DNA of 64,000 nt from Octopus sinensis (taxonomy: Eukaryota). Shown in pieces: positions 1-11,023 of this stretch. The notes beneath the pieces were generated by a model. It was not told where the DNA came from and did not search any database. It saw only the letters and a list, made by a program, of their open reading frames with translations. A program made the translations under genes and the position numbers. How positions within the stretch are numbered: position 1 is the stretch's first letter; each line of letters begins with the position of its first letter. Location: assembly GCF_006345805.1 (NCBI RefSeq), contig NC_042997.1, positions 32,178,001 to 32,242,000 on the forward strand, given 5' to 3'.

Positions 1-147
1 TAAAATAACTCTATCGTTATTAAACTCATGTTTGGAACATAAATCAACAAGAAATATTGATGGAAGGTTTCAATTTAGATCACTTTAAAACAGGAAGTCT
101 CTATCAAAGAACCAACAGTGATCTTGTGCAAGTTGGTAATAAAAGGG
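1..147. mobile_element. Truncated TTAA-flanked MITE (family MITE2, piggyBac-like)
   Basis: Ends ...AAAAGGG|TTAA; body aligns by eye with copies at 43969-44191 and 63222-63443. Confidence 0.6.
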
Positions 148-394
148 TTAAAATGTTGAAAGGAGACACATTTTTTCTCCTTTTTTTTTTTTTTTACTTT
201 GTTTATCCTTATATAACTTGTTTTTTTTTCTTCAAATCTTATTTGACTTCATTTTTATGTCATGCTTTCATTTTTTCTTTTATGTTTTTATATTTTATTT
301 CATTTATAAATAATTTTGTATTTTATTTATTTATGTTACTTGTTTATTTATGTTGCTTGTTCTATCTTGGGAAGTGGGTAACTGCCACTGTTAT

Positions 395-615
395 TAGTAG
401 TAGTAATAATGCTATGTCTACTACTGGTGGTAGTGGTTGTATTAGCACAATTGTAGTTCTATTTATATTAGTAGTATTGTAGTAGTAGTTGCAATAGTGA
501 TATTAGCAGTTTAGTAGTATTAGAGCTATTGTAGTGTCAGCGCTATTGTAGTAGTACTGATACTTTAGCATTATTGTTGTAGTGTTAGCACAAATTGTAG
601 CAGTAATACTAGCAC
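395..615. repeat. Degenerate (TAG/AGT)n low-complexity tract
   Basis: Runs of agtagtagt, tgtagtagt. Confidence 0.7.
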
Positions 616-635
616 TTATTGGTTATCATAGTGAA

Positions 636-935
636 AGCACATGGCTGAGTGGTTAGAGTGTTGGACTCACAATCATGAGGTAGTGAGTTCGATTCTTGGA
701 CTGGGCTGTATGTATGAGAAATGCACTTTATTTCACATTGCTCCAGTTCACTCAGCTGTAGAAATGAGTTGCGATGTCACTGGTGCCAAGCTGTATCGGT
801 CTTTGCCTTTCTCTTGAATAACATCAGTGGCATGGAGAAGAGGAGGCTGTTATGCATGGCAACTGCTGGTCTTCCATAAACAATCTTATCTGGACCTATG
901 CCTTGGAGGGGACTTTCTAGGTGCAATCCTATGGT
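636..935 (+). mobile_element. tRNA-derived SINE, family E
   Basis: A-box-like TGGCTGAGTGG, B-box-like GTTCGATTC; body matches reverse copies at 29923 and 41992. Confidence 0.8.
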
Positions 936-1509
936 TATCATTTGCAATATCTTTATTACAACTTGTAGTAAGCATCTGTTGTAAAACAAAAAATACCCCA
1001 AAATGCAATAACCTAATTAGTACACTACATATAAACGAAAATAAAAGAGAATAAAATGATAGCAAAAGTAAATCTCCCAGCAACATTTTGAGATTTACAA
1101 GAATAAAGTTGGTAGAATACTTCATTTGATTAACAATTATTGTAATAAAATATATATATTTGGACTATAGACATTCCATGTGTTACTTATGTCATTTCAA
1201 TTTTGATGCATGTGTGTGTATGTAAGTGCGTGCATGTGTGTGCATGAATGTGCATGTGTGTAGGTTCTGCAGAACAAACAAGATAAATAGAAATTAGCAC
1301 ATAAGTATATATATATATATTAATTAGTAGAAGTTGCAAAGTGGCTTTAAGGGTTGTGAGTTTCTTGCCTGGCCCTTGATAAACTGCCATTTATGAAACT
1401 GTCAGCCCTTGAATCATTTTGTAACTTATGCCAATTAAAATAATAAAATATGTATGTATATATGTAAGTGTGTATATAAATCTTTCTAACAGTGTTCTAC
1501 TATGTTTAA

Positions 1510-1890
1510 CTCTTTAGCATTTAATCTAGCCATATCTGGCCCAAATATTCAACCAGTTTCATGTTCAAACAGGCCAGATCTGGACTCTTATGCTTATCCT
1601 ACAATGTCATTCTAAAAATAAACAATCACATCATCAAAATCTTGAGGCTCCATTACAATACACAATAAGGCATGTAAAAAGCACCCACTACACTCATGGA
1701 GTGGTTGGCATTAGGAAGGGCATCCAGCTGTAGAAACACTGCCAGATCAGACTGGAGCCTGGTGCAGCCTCCTGGCTTCCCAGACCCCCAGTCGAACCGT
1801 CCGACCCATGCTAGCATGGAAAACGGACGTTAAACGATGATGATGATGATGAATCATTGCATTTGACACAGTAATCAGAATGCTAAAGTG
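1510..1890. mobile_element. TTAA-flanked MITE (family MITE1) interrupted by a D-family insert
   Basis: TTAA|CTCTTTAGCAT...ATGCTAAAGTG|TTAA; both halves match the intact copy at 28111-28329. Confidence 0.75.
1669..1852 (+). mobile_element. D family: 5'-truncated non-LTR retroelement 3' end with (GAT)n tail (RTE-like by inference)
   Basis: ...GGAAGGGCATCCAGCTGTAGAAAC...CATGCTAGCATGGAAAACGGACGTTAAAC(GAT)n; at least ten copies in the window. Confidence 0.8.
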
Positions 1891-3705
1891 TTAAGATTAC
1901 AATTAGGTCTCCTTTTTATCTGATGATTAAAGTTGTTGAAAGCATAACAGTCAAACACATGACAAGCAGGACAAATTATTGTAGATAATTTCCGAAGAAA
2001 TTTTTAACATCATCCATTAATGAGAAACCTTCCAGAATAAATCCTTATTTTATTAAACAGTGTTGGATCCACTGAAAGTCAGTAGGCCTGATCACTCAAG
2101 TAATGGATATTTCTAAGTATCTATTTCAGCTTTTCCTGTCAGTGTGGGATGTCCAACTGGTGTCGTTTACAAATCAATAAGATAGATGATTCATTGATGG
2201 ACACTTGTTTAATATTAACTGACAGTGGTGAGTGAGTACTAAGTCCCAATCTTCATGTGTGGGTGTTTGTGTGTGTGTTAGTGTCTCTGTTTGTTGGGGC
2301 GACAAGAGGGCTTGGCGTTCACTAGTCCTATCTACAGATCAACAGGATTGACTGCCTGTTAGCTTATGATGAGTTCTGTGTCTAGCTCATCTTGTGGGGG
2401 ACGCTAATGAAAAGCAGTGGATATCATTCTGGTCTTGCATATAAGACATTGGTCTTACATAGAAGTAAATGGATGTGATTACCTTGAATTTGTATGAGCA
2501 GCACTATCCATCAGGATACTTCTGTTCATACATGTTCAAGGTTTTTTTTTATTTAATTGGATGACAAAAGATAGAATGACTAAAAATTAGAGAGAGATAG
2601 GTAAAAAGATAGACAGGGAAGGAGAAAAAGAAATAGAAAAATTACTTCTCCCAGGTCTGTACAAGCAATGTTACAGTTTTCAAATAGTCTCTTAATTTGT
2701 ATAATATAGCATACCTAACCCGGAGATACATGTGTGGAGGAAGAGTATATTCCTCTGTGTGCATGTATGACTGTATGCAAGTTCTGTGTGCATGTGTGTG
2801 TGTGTGATCATATAGTTATCGTGCTCATGGTTTGTTTTCATGCGTTTCTGTCATAAAACTTAAATGTAGTTAATATTTACTTTTTTATTTTCCAATATTG
2901 AAATTTCATTGATGTTTTCTGCTGAGTGTCACATTTTCTCTTAATGTTTCTATTGGAATATTCTTACATGCTGCCAAGAGCAAATTAAAAATACCCATTT
3001 TCAAAATAAATTATATATCAGTATATATATACATATATATGTATATTTTCAATAATTTTCAGCATGTAAAGAGTAATATTTTAAATAGGCTTTTGAATAT
3101 CGGTTGTACGCTGAATATTGATTTCTTAATGGAGCACATTAGAAATTATATGGTTAATAAGGGAACAGTAATGTGATTCTGAGGTGTTCATGACCTTTCT
3201 TTTTTTCAAGATTGTTGTTTAGTCCCAAATAACCATGTTCTAGGACTAAACAACACACACACATATTGATAATTTGCAAACTCTAAAAATGTTTTGAATA
3301 TTGGTATACATTACATATATTAAGCTGTTAATGTGGGTACAACTGAAATTACACGGTTAATAAGAATGCAGAAATGAGATTCTGAGACATTCATGATAGT
3401 CCTTTATTTTCAAGATTGTTGTTTAGTCCCAGAACGACCATGTCTGAACAAAGCTAATATCAAAGATGTTCCAGCCATGACTATCACATCTGTTTTTCAG
3501 ATGCAATGCATCTATGAACACATTGTCTGTATCCTTTCTTTACAGACAGTAGGTTGTGATTTTAGGGAAATTCGGTCGTTATTACCAGCATTGTTGGCTC
3601 AAGTAAAATTACTGTAATGAGTAATTGAAATTGGGATGTATATTCTGTTTGATTAGAGCTTGTTTCTACCCTGGTATTTTGTCAGGGGTAATTGAATCTT
3701 TTGTC

Positions 3706-4020
3706 TTTTACTTGTTTCTGTCATTAGACTGTGACCATGCTGGGGCACTGCCCCTGAAAATTTTTTAGTTGAATGTATTGACTCCATTTATTTATTTTTT
3801 TAAAATCCTAGTACTTATTCTTTCAGGCTCTTTTGCTGAACCGTTAATTTACACACATCCACACACATGCACACACACCAGCACCAGTTGTCAAACAGTG
3901 GTGGAGTGACAGACAGACAGACAGACACACACACACACACGATGGACTTCTTTCAGTTTCTATCTACGAATGCTTTGGTTGGCCTGAGGCAATTGTAGAA
4001 GACACTTGCCCAAGGTGCTA
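3706..4020 (-). mobile_element. SINE family C, diverged and partial
   Basis: Matches intact C copies (47800, 55695, 61825), including the internal microsatellite and ACAAGTAAAA tail. Confidence 0.75.
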
Positions 4021-4336
4021 TAGTCAATGCAGAAGGAGAAGCGGCTAAAAGGGGGTTGATGGTCGAAAAAGTTTGGCGACCCCTGGTGTAGAGAATGGGT
4101 TGAGTCACTTTGACTTTCATTTCTTCCACAATCAATAAAAAATAAAGTACCAGATATTTAAGAGGACTAGTTCAAAGTTCGATTGAAATTGTTGTATAGT
4201 CACAGTAGGTCATGAAAGACCTATTGTTTCTGCCACTTTCATTTATCTGAAAGATAATGAATATAACATCAAAAAGAAAATACATACACCATCATCATCA
4301 TTTGAAGTCCATCTTCTATGCATGCATGGGTAGGAC

Positions 4337-4374
<38 letters not shown>

Positions 4375-4376
<2 letters not shown>

Positions 4377-4758
4377 TCATCATCATCATCATCATCATTT
4401 AGCGTCCGTTTTCCATGCTAGCATGGGTTGGACGGTTCAACTGGGGTCTGAGGAGCCCGAAGGCTGCACCAGGCCAGTCAGATCTGGCAGTGTTTCTACA
4501 GCTGGATGCCCTTCCTAACGCCAACCACTCCGAGAGTGTAGTGGGTGATTTTATGTGCCACCGACACAGGTGCCAGACGAGGCTGGCGAACGGCCACGCT
4601 CGGATGGTGTTTTTATGTGCCACCGACACAGGTGCCAGACGAGGCTGGCAGACGGCCACGCTCGGATGGTGTTTTTATGTGCCACCGACACAGGTGCCAG
4701 ATGAGGCTGGCAGGTGCCAGACGAGGCTGGCAGACGGCCACGCTCGGATGGTGTTTTT
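4375..4758 (-). mobile_element. Young D-family insert with 62-bp internal tandem repeat, copy 1
   Basis: (CAT)n tail, D body, and a 62-bp unit recurring at 4604 and 4666. Confidence 0.9.
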
Positions 4759-4768
4759 ATATATATAT

Positions 4769-4807
<39 letters not shown>

Positions 4808-5186
4808 CATCATCATCATCATCATCATCATTTAGCGTCCGTTTTCCATGCTAGCATGGGTTGGACGGTTCAACTGGGGTCTGAGGAGCCCGAAGGCTGC
4901 ACCAGGCCAGTCAGATCTGGCAGTGTTTCTACAGCTGGATGCCCTTCCTAACGCCAACCACTCCGAGAGTGTAGTGGGTGATTTTATGTGCCACCGACAC
5001 AGGTGCCAGACGAGGCTGGCGAACGGCCACGCTCGGATGGTGTTTTTATGTGCCACCGACACAGGTGCCAGACGAGGCTGGCAGACGGCCACGCTCGGAT
5101 GGTGTTTTTATGTGCCACCGACACAGGTGCCAGATGAGGCTGGCAGGTGCCAGACGAGGCTGGCAGACGGCCACGCTCGGATGGTG

Positions 5187-5191
<5 letters not shown>
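4808..5191 (-). mobile_element. Young D-family insert, tandem copy 2
   Basis: Apparently identical to 4375-4758 at offset 433. Confidence 0.9.
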
Positions 5192-5236
<45 letters not shown>

Positions 5237-7222
5237 AGTGTTTAGTGAGTGGCTACTACACAATAACTACATAAACATTTTTTTATTGTAACATGCTGTG
5301 TACCAAAAGAATTTGAAATGGTTTTTTTTTTCCTCTCTTCAACTTCTAAAGGGCACTGAGACTCTTTTGTGTGTGTGTGGTGTGTGTGTGTGTGTGTGTG
5401 TGTGCATGTCTGTACAAATGAAATGGCCAAGAGCTGGATTATTTATTCTTTACTCGAGATTTAATCTTGCAGGTATTTTTGTTGTATACATATTTGAGGC
5501 AGTTCACTTATTTCCATACATCAAGCTACTTGGGTGGAATGAAATGAAGACACCAGGTATTGTGAGAATAACCTCAATGACTGATAGTTTTAAGGTCTTA
5601 TTCTGTAGAAGGAAAATATATTTCTCTTCTTCGCCAAGAATATGTGGCTACATGTAAATGAAATTAGGCATTATTAAGCATTGAGATTTTATAGGGCATG
5701 TGTGTGTGTGTTTCCATGTTAAAGCTGCAGTATTTTAACCTCAGTGTTGAATAATTTCATTCATGAACTAATATGAATATGATATGTTTCGTGGTAATAC
5801 ATTGTATCTGACTTGTAGTCTGTGCAAAATATTATTAGTAATTTCATGTGGGATGGTATATAAAGATTGATTGAAGGTGAAATAAAGAGATATTGCAAAC
5901 CTCGTTGTATATCTAATGTTGAGTAAACATCTGTTATATATAATATTTCAGGGATAATTTTTCCATATTTGGGCCACTTACTGAACTGAATGTAACCACA
6001 GAATATTCATATAGCAAAAGACATGCACTGATATCATTTTAAACATTTTTATTTGGAAAGTTATAACATTTTTGTATAACAGATACAGTTTTCTAACTTC
6101 TAAAGAGTGCACAAAAAATATACTTCTATTTACATCTATTCTTCTGTCATAGTCTTCATTCTCTGGTGACTTTTGCAGACAGTACGCATCCTGATTTCAA
6201 CCAATACTCATGGTCCATTCACATTGCATGCATGTACAAGTGTGATGCATTTAATGTTTAATACAAATCTTTCTTTTGGCCCGCTTGTGCTCAGTTTTCA
6301 TGCAGTTTATTGTTTAACCTTCTTTATGGGCAATGAAGAAATTGCTGATCTTTTTTTTAACTGAGAATGATATTTTTCTTGTTTTTTGACTAGTTACAAA
6401 GGCCTGATATTTTAGGATAGGGTTTATTCATGCCTTCTCCATAGGTTGAGATATTATCATATATTGTTATAGAAGCCCCAGGTTGGCTTTCATTGAGCAG
6501 GTGTATGGTTTGCAAGTAGTCAACCAATGGACAAGATGCAACCCCTAAAATCCATCTTCCCAGTTAAACCCTATCTCCATCAATGAGGAAACCTTTGTGC
6601 GATTGCTGGACTTGGAAGAAATTTCAACCAAATCTTCCTTCAAATACTAGCCTATTCTTAAAACAGGATGGATATTAGTAGCATAGGTGAAGTAAACTTG
6701 TGTCTAACAAACATTGGAGCATCTGTTGGTTTATGGGACACATTTACTTGATAGTGAATAATTCTCTAACTGTTGAAAAGTTTTGGTTAACCGAATGATT
6801 ATAACACTGTAGCAGAAACTTTATTGTATTTAGTTTGGAGATTTTGCTATCCTAAGTTCAGTTTCCAGTGGAGTCCACTGTGCTTTTCATTCTACAAGAT
6901 ATCAATAAAATGAGAATAAGTATTACACTGTCATTGATTGAATTGAGCTACCGTCTCTCTTTACATAAGAAAATATATTAAAAACAAAATCTGGCTATAT
7001 GTATGCCTACTGAAGAAAGATAAATAGTAATGCAGATAAAGTATGTGAGTATGTTTGTGGGTTGAAATCTGGTAAACTAATTAAAGCAATATCTCCCAGA
7101 TTATTACTCTATTACTCTTTCTCTCTCTCAATGTATAGGTATGCATGTTTTATATATATATATATATTACATATAACTTTTCTTCTATTTGTATACACAA
7201 ATGTGTGTGTGCGTGTGTATGT

Positions 7223-7256
<34 letters not shown>

Positions 7257-8014
7257 CATACACACACACACACATGTAAAAGTTGAATGAAGAAAATGAG
7301 TGCTCAGTACCACATTGCTGGGTATAATTTCTTTGTTTTCCAAAATGGAGGCAAACACTTTTCTCCATGCAATTGGCTTGAAAAATTGAGACACTAGGAT
7401 ATTTTCCTACTTTTCTTAACATGAAACCAATGGTAGCCTTAATTCACACACACACACACCACACACACACACACACATGTATAATTATTAATGATAAAGA
7501 GTATGGGGGCTTGTTCATCCACAATTTATTTTATAATTTTATACAGCATATTACAATGACCTACACATGTTTCTATTTCACCAACTACTCGCAGTTGTAG
7601 ATATAAACTAGGATTAAATCCATGCCATAGGTATCCATCCATCTAGATATTGGTGGATGTGAAATCAACTGTTACACATACAGTACAATAGGCCAACAGC
7701 AAGTTCAGAATGGTTTCTAGTCCAGCGTAGTTTCAACACTCGAGGCCCTTCCTGCCACGGATCACACAACTATGATTTATGGACAAAAGCCTTTATATCA
7801 TGTTGTCATAGTCATGTATATAATTAGTTGTCCAGTATTTTTCACTTCATCCTTTTTTTTCTCTACCATCATCTTCCCAGTTACACTGTTTCCTAACCTT
7901 GCAACAATCATTGAATTCAGTGTGTAGATGTGTATCCACAATTGTATGTATGTGTATATGGGAGGATGCACCAAGCTGAAAGTTTTAAGAGTTTTGTATC
8001 TATAATGTGTACAT

Positions 8015-8398
8015 AGGTGCAGGCATGGCTGTATAGTTTAGCAACTCTCTTTGCAATCATGTAGTTTGGGGTTCAGTCCCACTGCACAGCACCTTTGGCA
8101 ATAGCACCTTCTATTATAGCCCCAGGCTGACCTGTGCCTTGTGAGGGAATTTGGTAGTTGGGAACTGTGTTGAAGCCCATTGTATATATGTGTTTGTGTT
8201 TGTCCCTACCCCACTGCCTAACAATTGGTGTTGGTTTGTTTATGTCCCCATAATTTAGTGGTTCTGCATAAAAGACCAATAAAACTAAGTACCAAATTTT
8301 GAAAAAAAAATATGTACTGGGGTTGATTTGTTAGACTAAAACTTTTCAAGGTAATATCCCAGCATGGTCACAGTCCTATGTCTGGAACAAGGAAAAGA
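8015..8398 (+). mobile_element. SINE family C, old copy
   Basis: GGGTTCAGTCCCACTGC B-box region, central TG tract, CCCAGCATGGTCACAGTC tail. Confidence 0.75.
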
Positions 8399-8705
8399 AA
8401 ACTGAAGAATATCAGAATATCACAAAGGACATTTCCTTGGGTCCTGCTGGATGTTCATTTTGCTTGTGTTAATTGGGCTCTAAAAGGCACCACTGCCCCT
8501 TGCTTGATAATGTATCGAAAATGTTAAGACACATAAAATAATTGGCACACCTACACACAGAGGCAGGCAGGCAGGAAATACTTGCATGCATATATGTAGC
8601 ACATAGATAGGTGATATACAAGCATATAGGCAAAGCATTACACATGCACATGGATGACTGGTATATGCACACATCCACATACATGGACAGGCATGCATAT
8701 ATGCA

Positions 8706-8737
<32 letters not shown>

Positions 8738-9025
8738 TTTTGGTATATGTGTGTGTGTGTATGGACTGATCAGATGACTCATGTTGCTGAGTATCTGCAT
8801 TTATGTACCTTGAGGTCTCTCTTTCTTGCCCTCCTTCTCTGTCCCTTCCCCCCTCCCTCCCTCTTTTCCTCACTTTCACATCTCATCAATTTCTTTATTC
8901 ATTTCCCATCTCATAAAACTGCTTATCTGGAACATGGCAACTGAAATGACATATTTCCTCAATCTTATCATTTATCACTTGAAACTGATTAAAGTAAAGG
9001 GTTTCCCCACAAGCATAAAGCTCAC

Positions 9026-9055
9026 CTTTGTATTTGATTTCTTTCACTTGTAGAA
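9026..9055 (-). CDS. Candidate 30-nt internal exon of an unidentified gene (VLQVKEIKYK or STSERNQIQ frame)
   Basis: Poly-T tract + GACAG acceptor and AAAG|GTGAGC donor; length divisible by 3; two open frames. Confidence 0.35.
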
Positions 9056-9207
9056 CTGTCAAAAAAAAAAAAAACCCCAAAAAACTAAAAAAATCCTTTT
9101 TGGTCCTCCTTCCCTTTTTCTCTTCTATTAACCAAAACAAATTTTTACTGAATTTGTGTATCACATATTCACACAATTACAGCATGATAGAAAGAAATAT
9201 GTGTGTG

Positions 9208-9248
<41 letters not shown>

Positions 9249-9952
9249 TATATGAAATATGATAGAAATATATGTACATGCACTTCCACACAGACTTGAA
9301 TATCTATTGCAGTGGGAATATTGGCAGTTTAAAAATAGTGGGTGAAGATAAAAATGTTGTTAGGGCTTAGGGTGGATAAACTGAGGCTTAGATTTATTTA
9401 GGGATTGAAAAGGCTCTTGACATCAAATAAACAAGAAATTTCTCATCTGTAGGATGAATTAAGGAAGATAAGGAATTGTGTGTGTGTGTGTGTGTATTTT
9501 GCACCTTAATTCTTGTTGTTAAACCCCTGGTTGACCCTGATTTGGTGATACTATGGGCAAAGACATTCCAATCATAACAATCTCCATCTGTTATTCAGAT
9601 TTACTGTATCTAGGACTACTTTATCTGATTCATCTCATACAAGCAAGTATGATCGGGAGGAGTTTTGACTGCTATTTCTAGCAAGTCAAGTGGTTATATA
9701 GAGGTTCCATCATTAGTACCAGGGTCTCTCTCTCTCTCTCTCTCTTTGTTTCTTTATTTATCCATTCATTTTGCTATTTCAATTGAAGTGTCACAACCAA
9801 ATAAAGTGATTTATATAAATTCCAGAATATTTTTTGATATTCTTTCTTCAGTCCCTCTCCCCAGCTCTTTTAAAAAAAAATTTTTTTTTTATCTAGTTTG
9901 AGCTCACAAGCTGTGGCCATGCTGGGGCACCGCCATTTAAAAAAAGATCTTA

Positions 9953-10024
9953 TGGAGATGCCGGGGATCGAACCCGGGGCCTTTCACATGCAAAGCGAAT
10001 GCTCTACAACTGAGCTACATCCCC
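9953..10024 (-). tRNA. tRNA-Ala-TGC: tRNA-Ala, anticodon TGC (gene or retrocopy)
   Basis: 72 nt GGGGATGTAGCTCAGTTGTAGAGCATTCGCTTTGCATGTGAAAGGCCCCGGGTTCGATCCCCGGCATCTCCA; full cloverleaf with G3:U70; T7 Pol III terminator 7 nt downstream. Confidence 0.92.
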
Positions 10025-10323
10025 AGCTCTTTATTCGTTTTTGCTTTCTGTTCACGAGGCTGTTTTAAGAAGTTAAGAAAATCCACGTCCAACGTTTGCC
10101 TCATTCAAATAGAACTGATACTTTGTTCCTTTAGCAAAGCGGAAGATACTACAACACTGTGTTAAATTAAGTGTCTCATACATCTATAATCATATCCTTT
10201 GTATCTAATAACAGTTTGTAAACTGTTGCTTAATGATCTACATACAAGTCAGTCCAAATGTTTTAGTTGACAGGAAGTTATCTTGTAACCTAAGTGTGTT
10301 GATGTCACGATATTTCTTCTGTT

Positions 10324-10556
10324 AAGGCAGCGAGCTGGCAGAATCGTTAGCATGCCAGGCAAAATGCTTAGCAGTATTTCGTCTGCCGCTACGTTCTGAG
10401 TTCAAATTCCGCCGAGGTCGACTTTGCCTTTCATCCTTTCAGGGTCAATTAAATAAGTACCAGTTACGCACTGGGGTCGATATAATCAACTTAATCCATG
10501 TGTCTGTCTTTGTTTGTCCCTTCTGTGTTTAACCCCTTGTGGGTTGTAAAGAAATA
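10324..10556 (+). mobile_element. tRNA-derived SINE family B, full length, 15-bp TSD
   Basis: GAGTTCAAATTCC B box; TSD GATATTTCTTCTGTT at 10309-10323 and 10557-10571. Confidence 0.9.
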
Positions 10557-10576
10557 GATATTTCTTCTGTTTATGA

Positions 10577-10790
10577 TGGTGAGCTGAAAGAATCGTTAGC
10601 ATACCAAGCAAAATGCTTAGCGCCATTTCATCTTTCTTTACATTCTGAGTTCAAATTCCTCCATGGTTGACTTAGTTGTTTATTCTTTCAGGGTCAATAA
10701 AATTAGTGCCAGTTGAGCACTGGAGTTGTTGTAATTGACTTACCCCACCACCCCAAAATGCTGACCTTGTGCCAAAAATTTTAAACCAAT
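10577..10790 (+). mobile_element. SINE family B, variant tail
   Basis: Same head and central domain as B, with CCCAAAAT...CCTTGTGCC tail. Confidence 0.75.
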
Positions 10791-10807
10791 ATTACTTCTG
10801 TTACTCC

Positions 10808-11023
10808 CTTTTCTACTCTAGGCACAAGGCCCAAAATTTTTGGGGAGAGCGGGGGCCAATCGATTTGATCGACACCAGTATGCAACTGGTACATAATTTT
10901 TCGACCTCCGAAAGGTTGAAAGGCAAAGTTGACTTTGGCGGAATTTGAACTCGGAGTGTAAAGAGACAAAATACCGCTAAACATTTTGCCCAGCATGCTA
11001 ATGCTTCTGCCAGCTTGCCACCT
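10808..11023 (-). mobile_element. SINE family B, variant tail, inverted relative to the previous copy
   Basis: Reverse-complement match to the B head and domain. Confidence 0.8.

Noticed and set aside
57-482. 141-aa ORF
   Set aside because: Made up of a MITE end, T-rich sequence and a TAG-repeat tract.
3546-3602. Plus-strand AG/GT-bounded frame TVGCDFREIRSLLPALLAQ
   Set aside because: Weak donor, no recognisable homology, and no coherent exon chain.
4545-4760. Regularly spaced repeats as a CRISPR array
   Set aside because: Units are tandem with no unique spacers, the context is eukaryotic, and no cas genes are present.
4399-5238. Repeated 86-127-aa ORFs (also at 50234-50652)
   Set aside because: Chance frames through the D-family tail and VNTR; they recur only because the repeat does.
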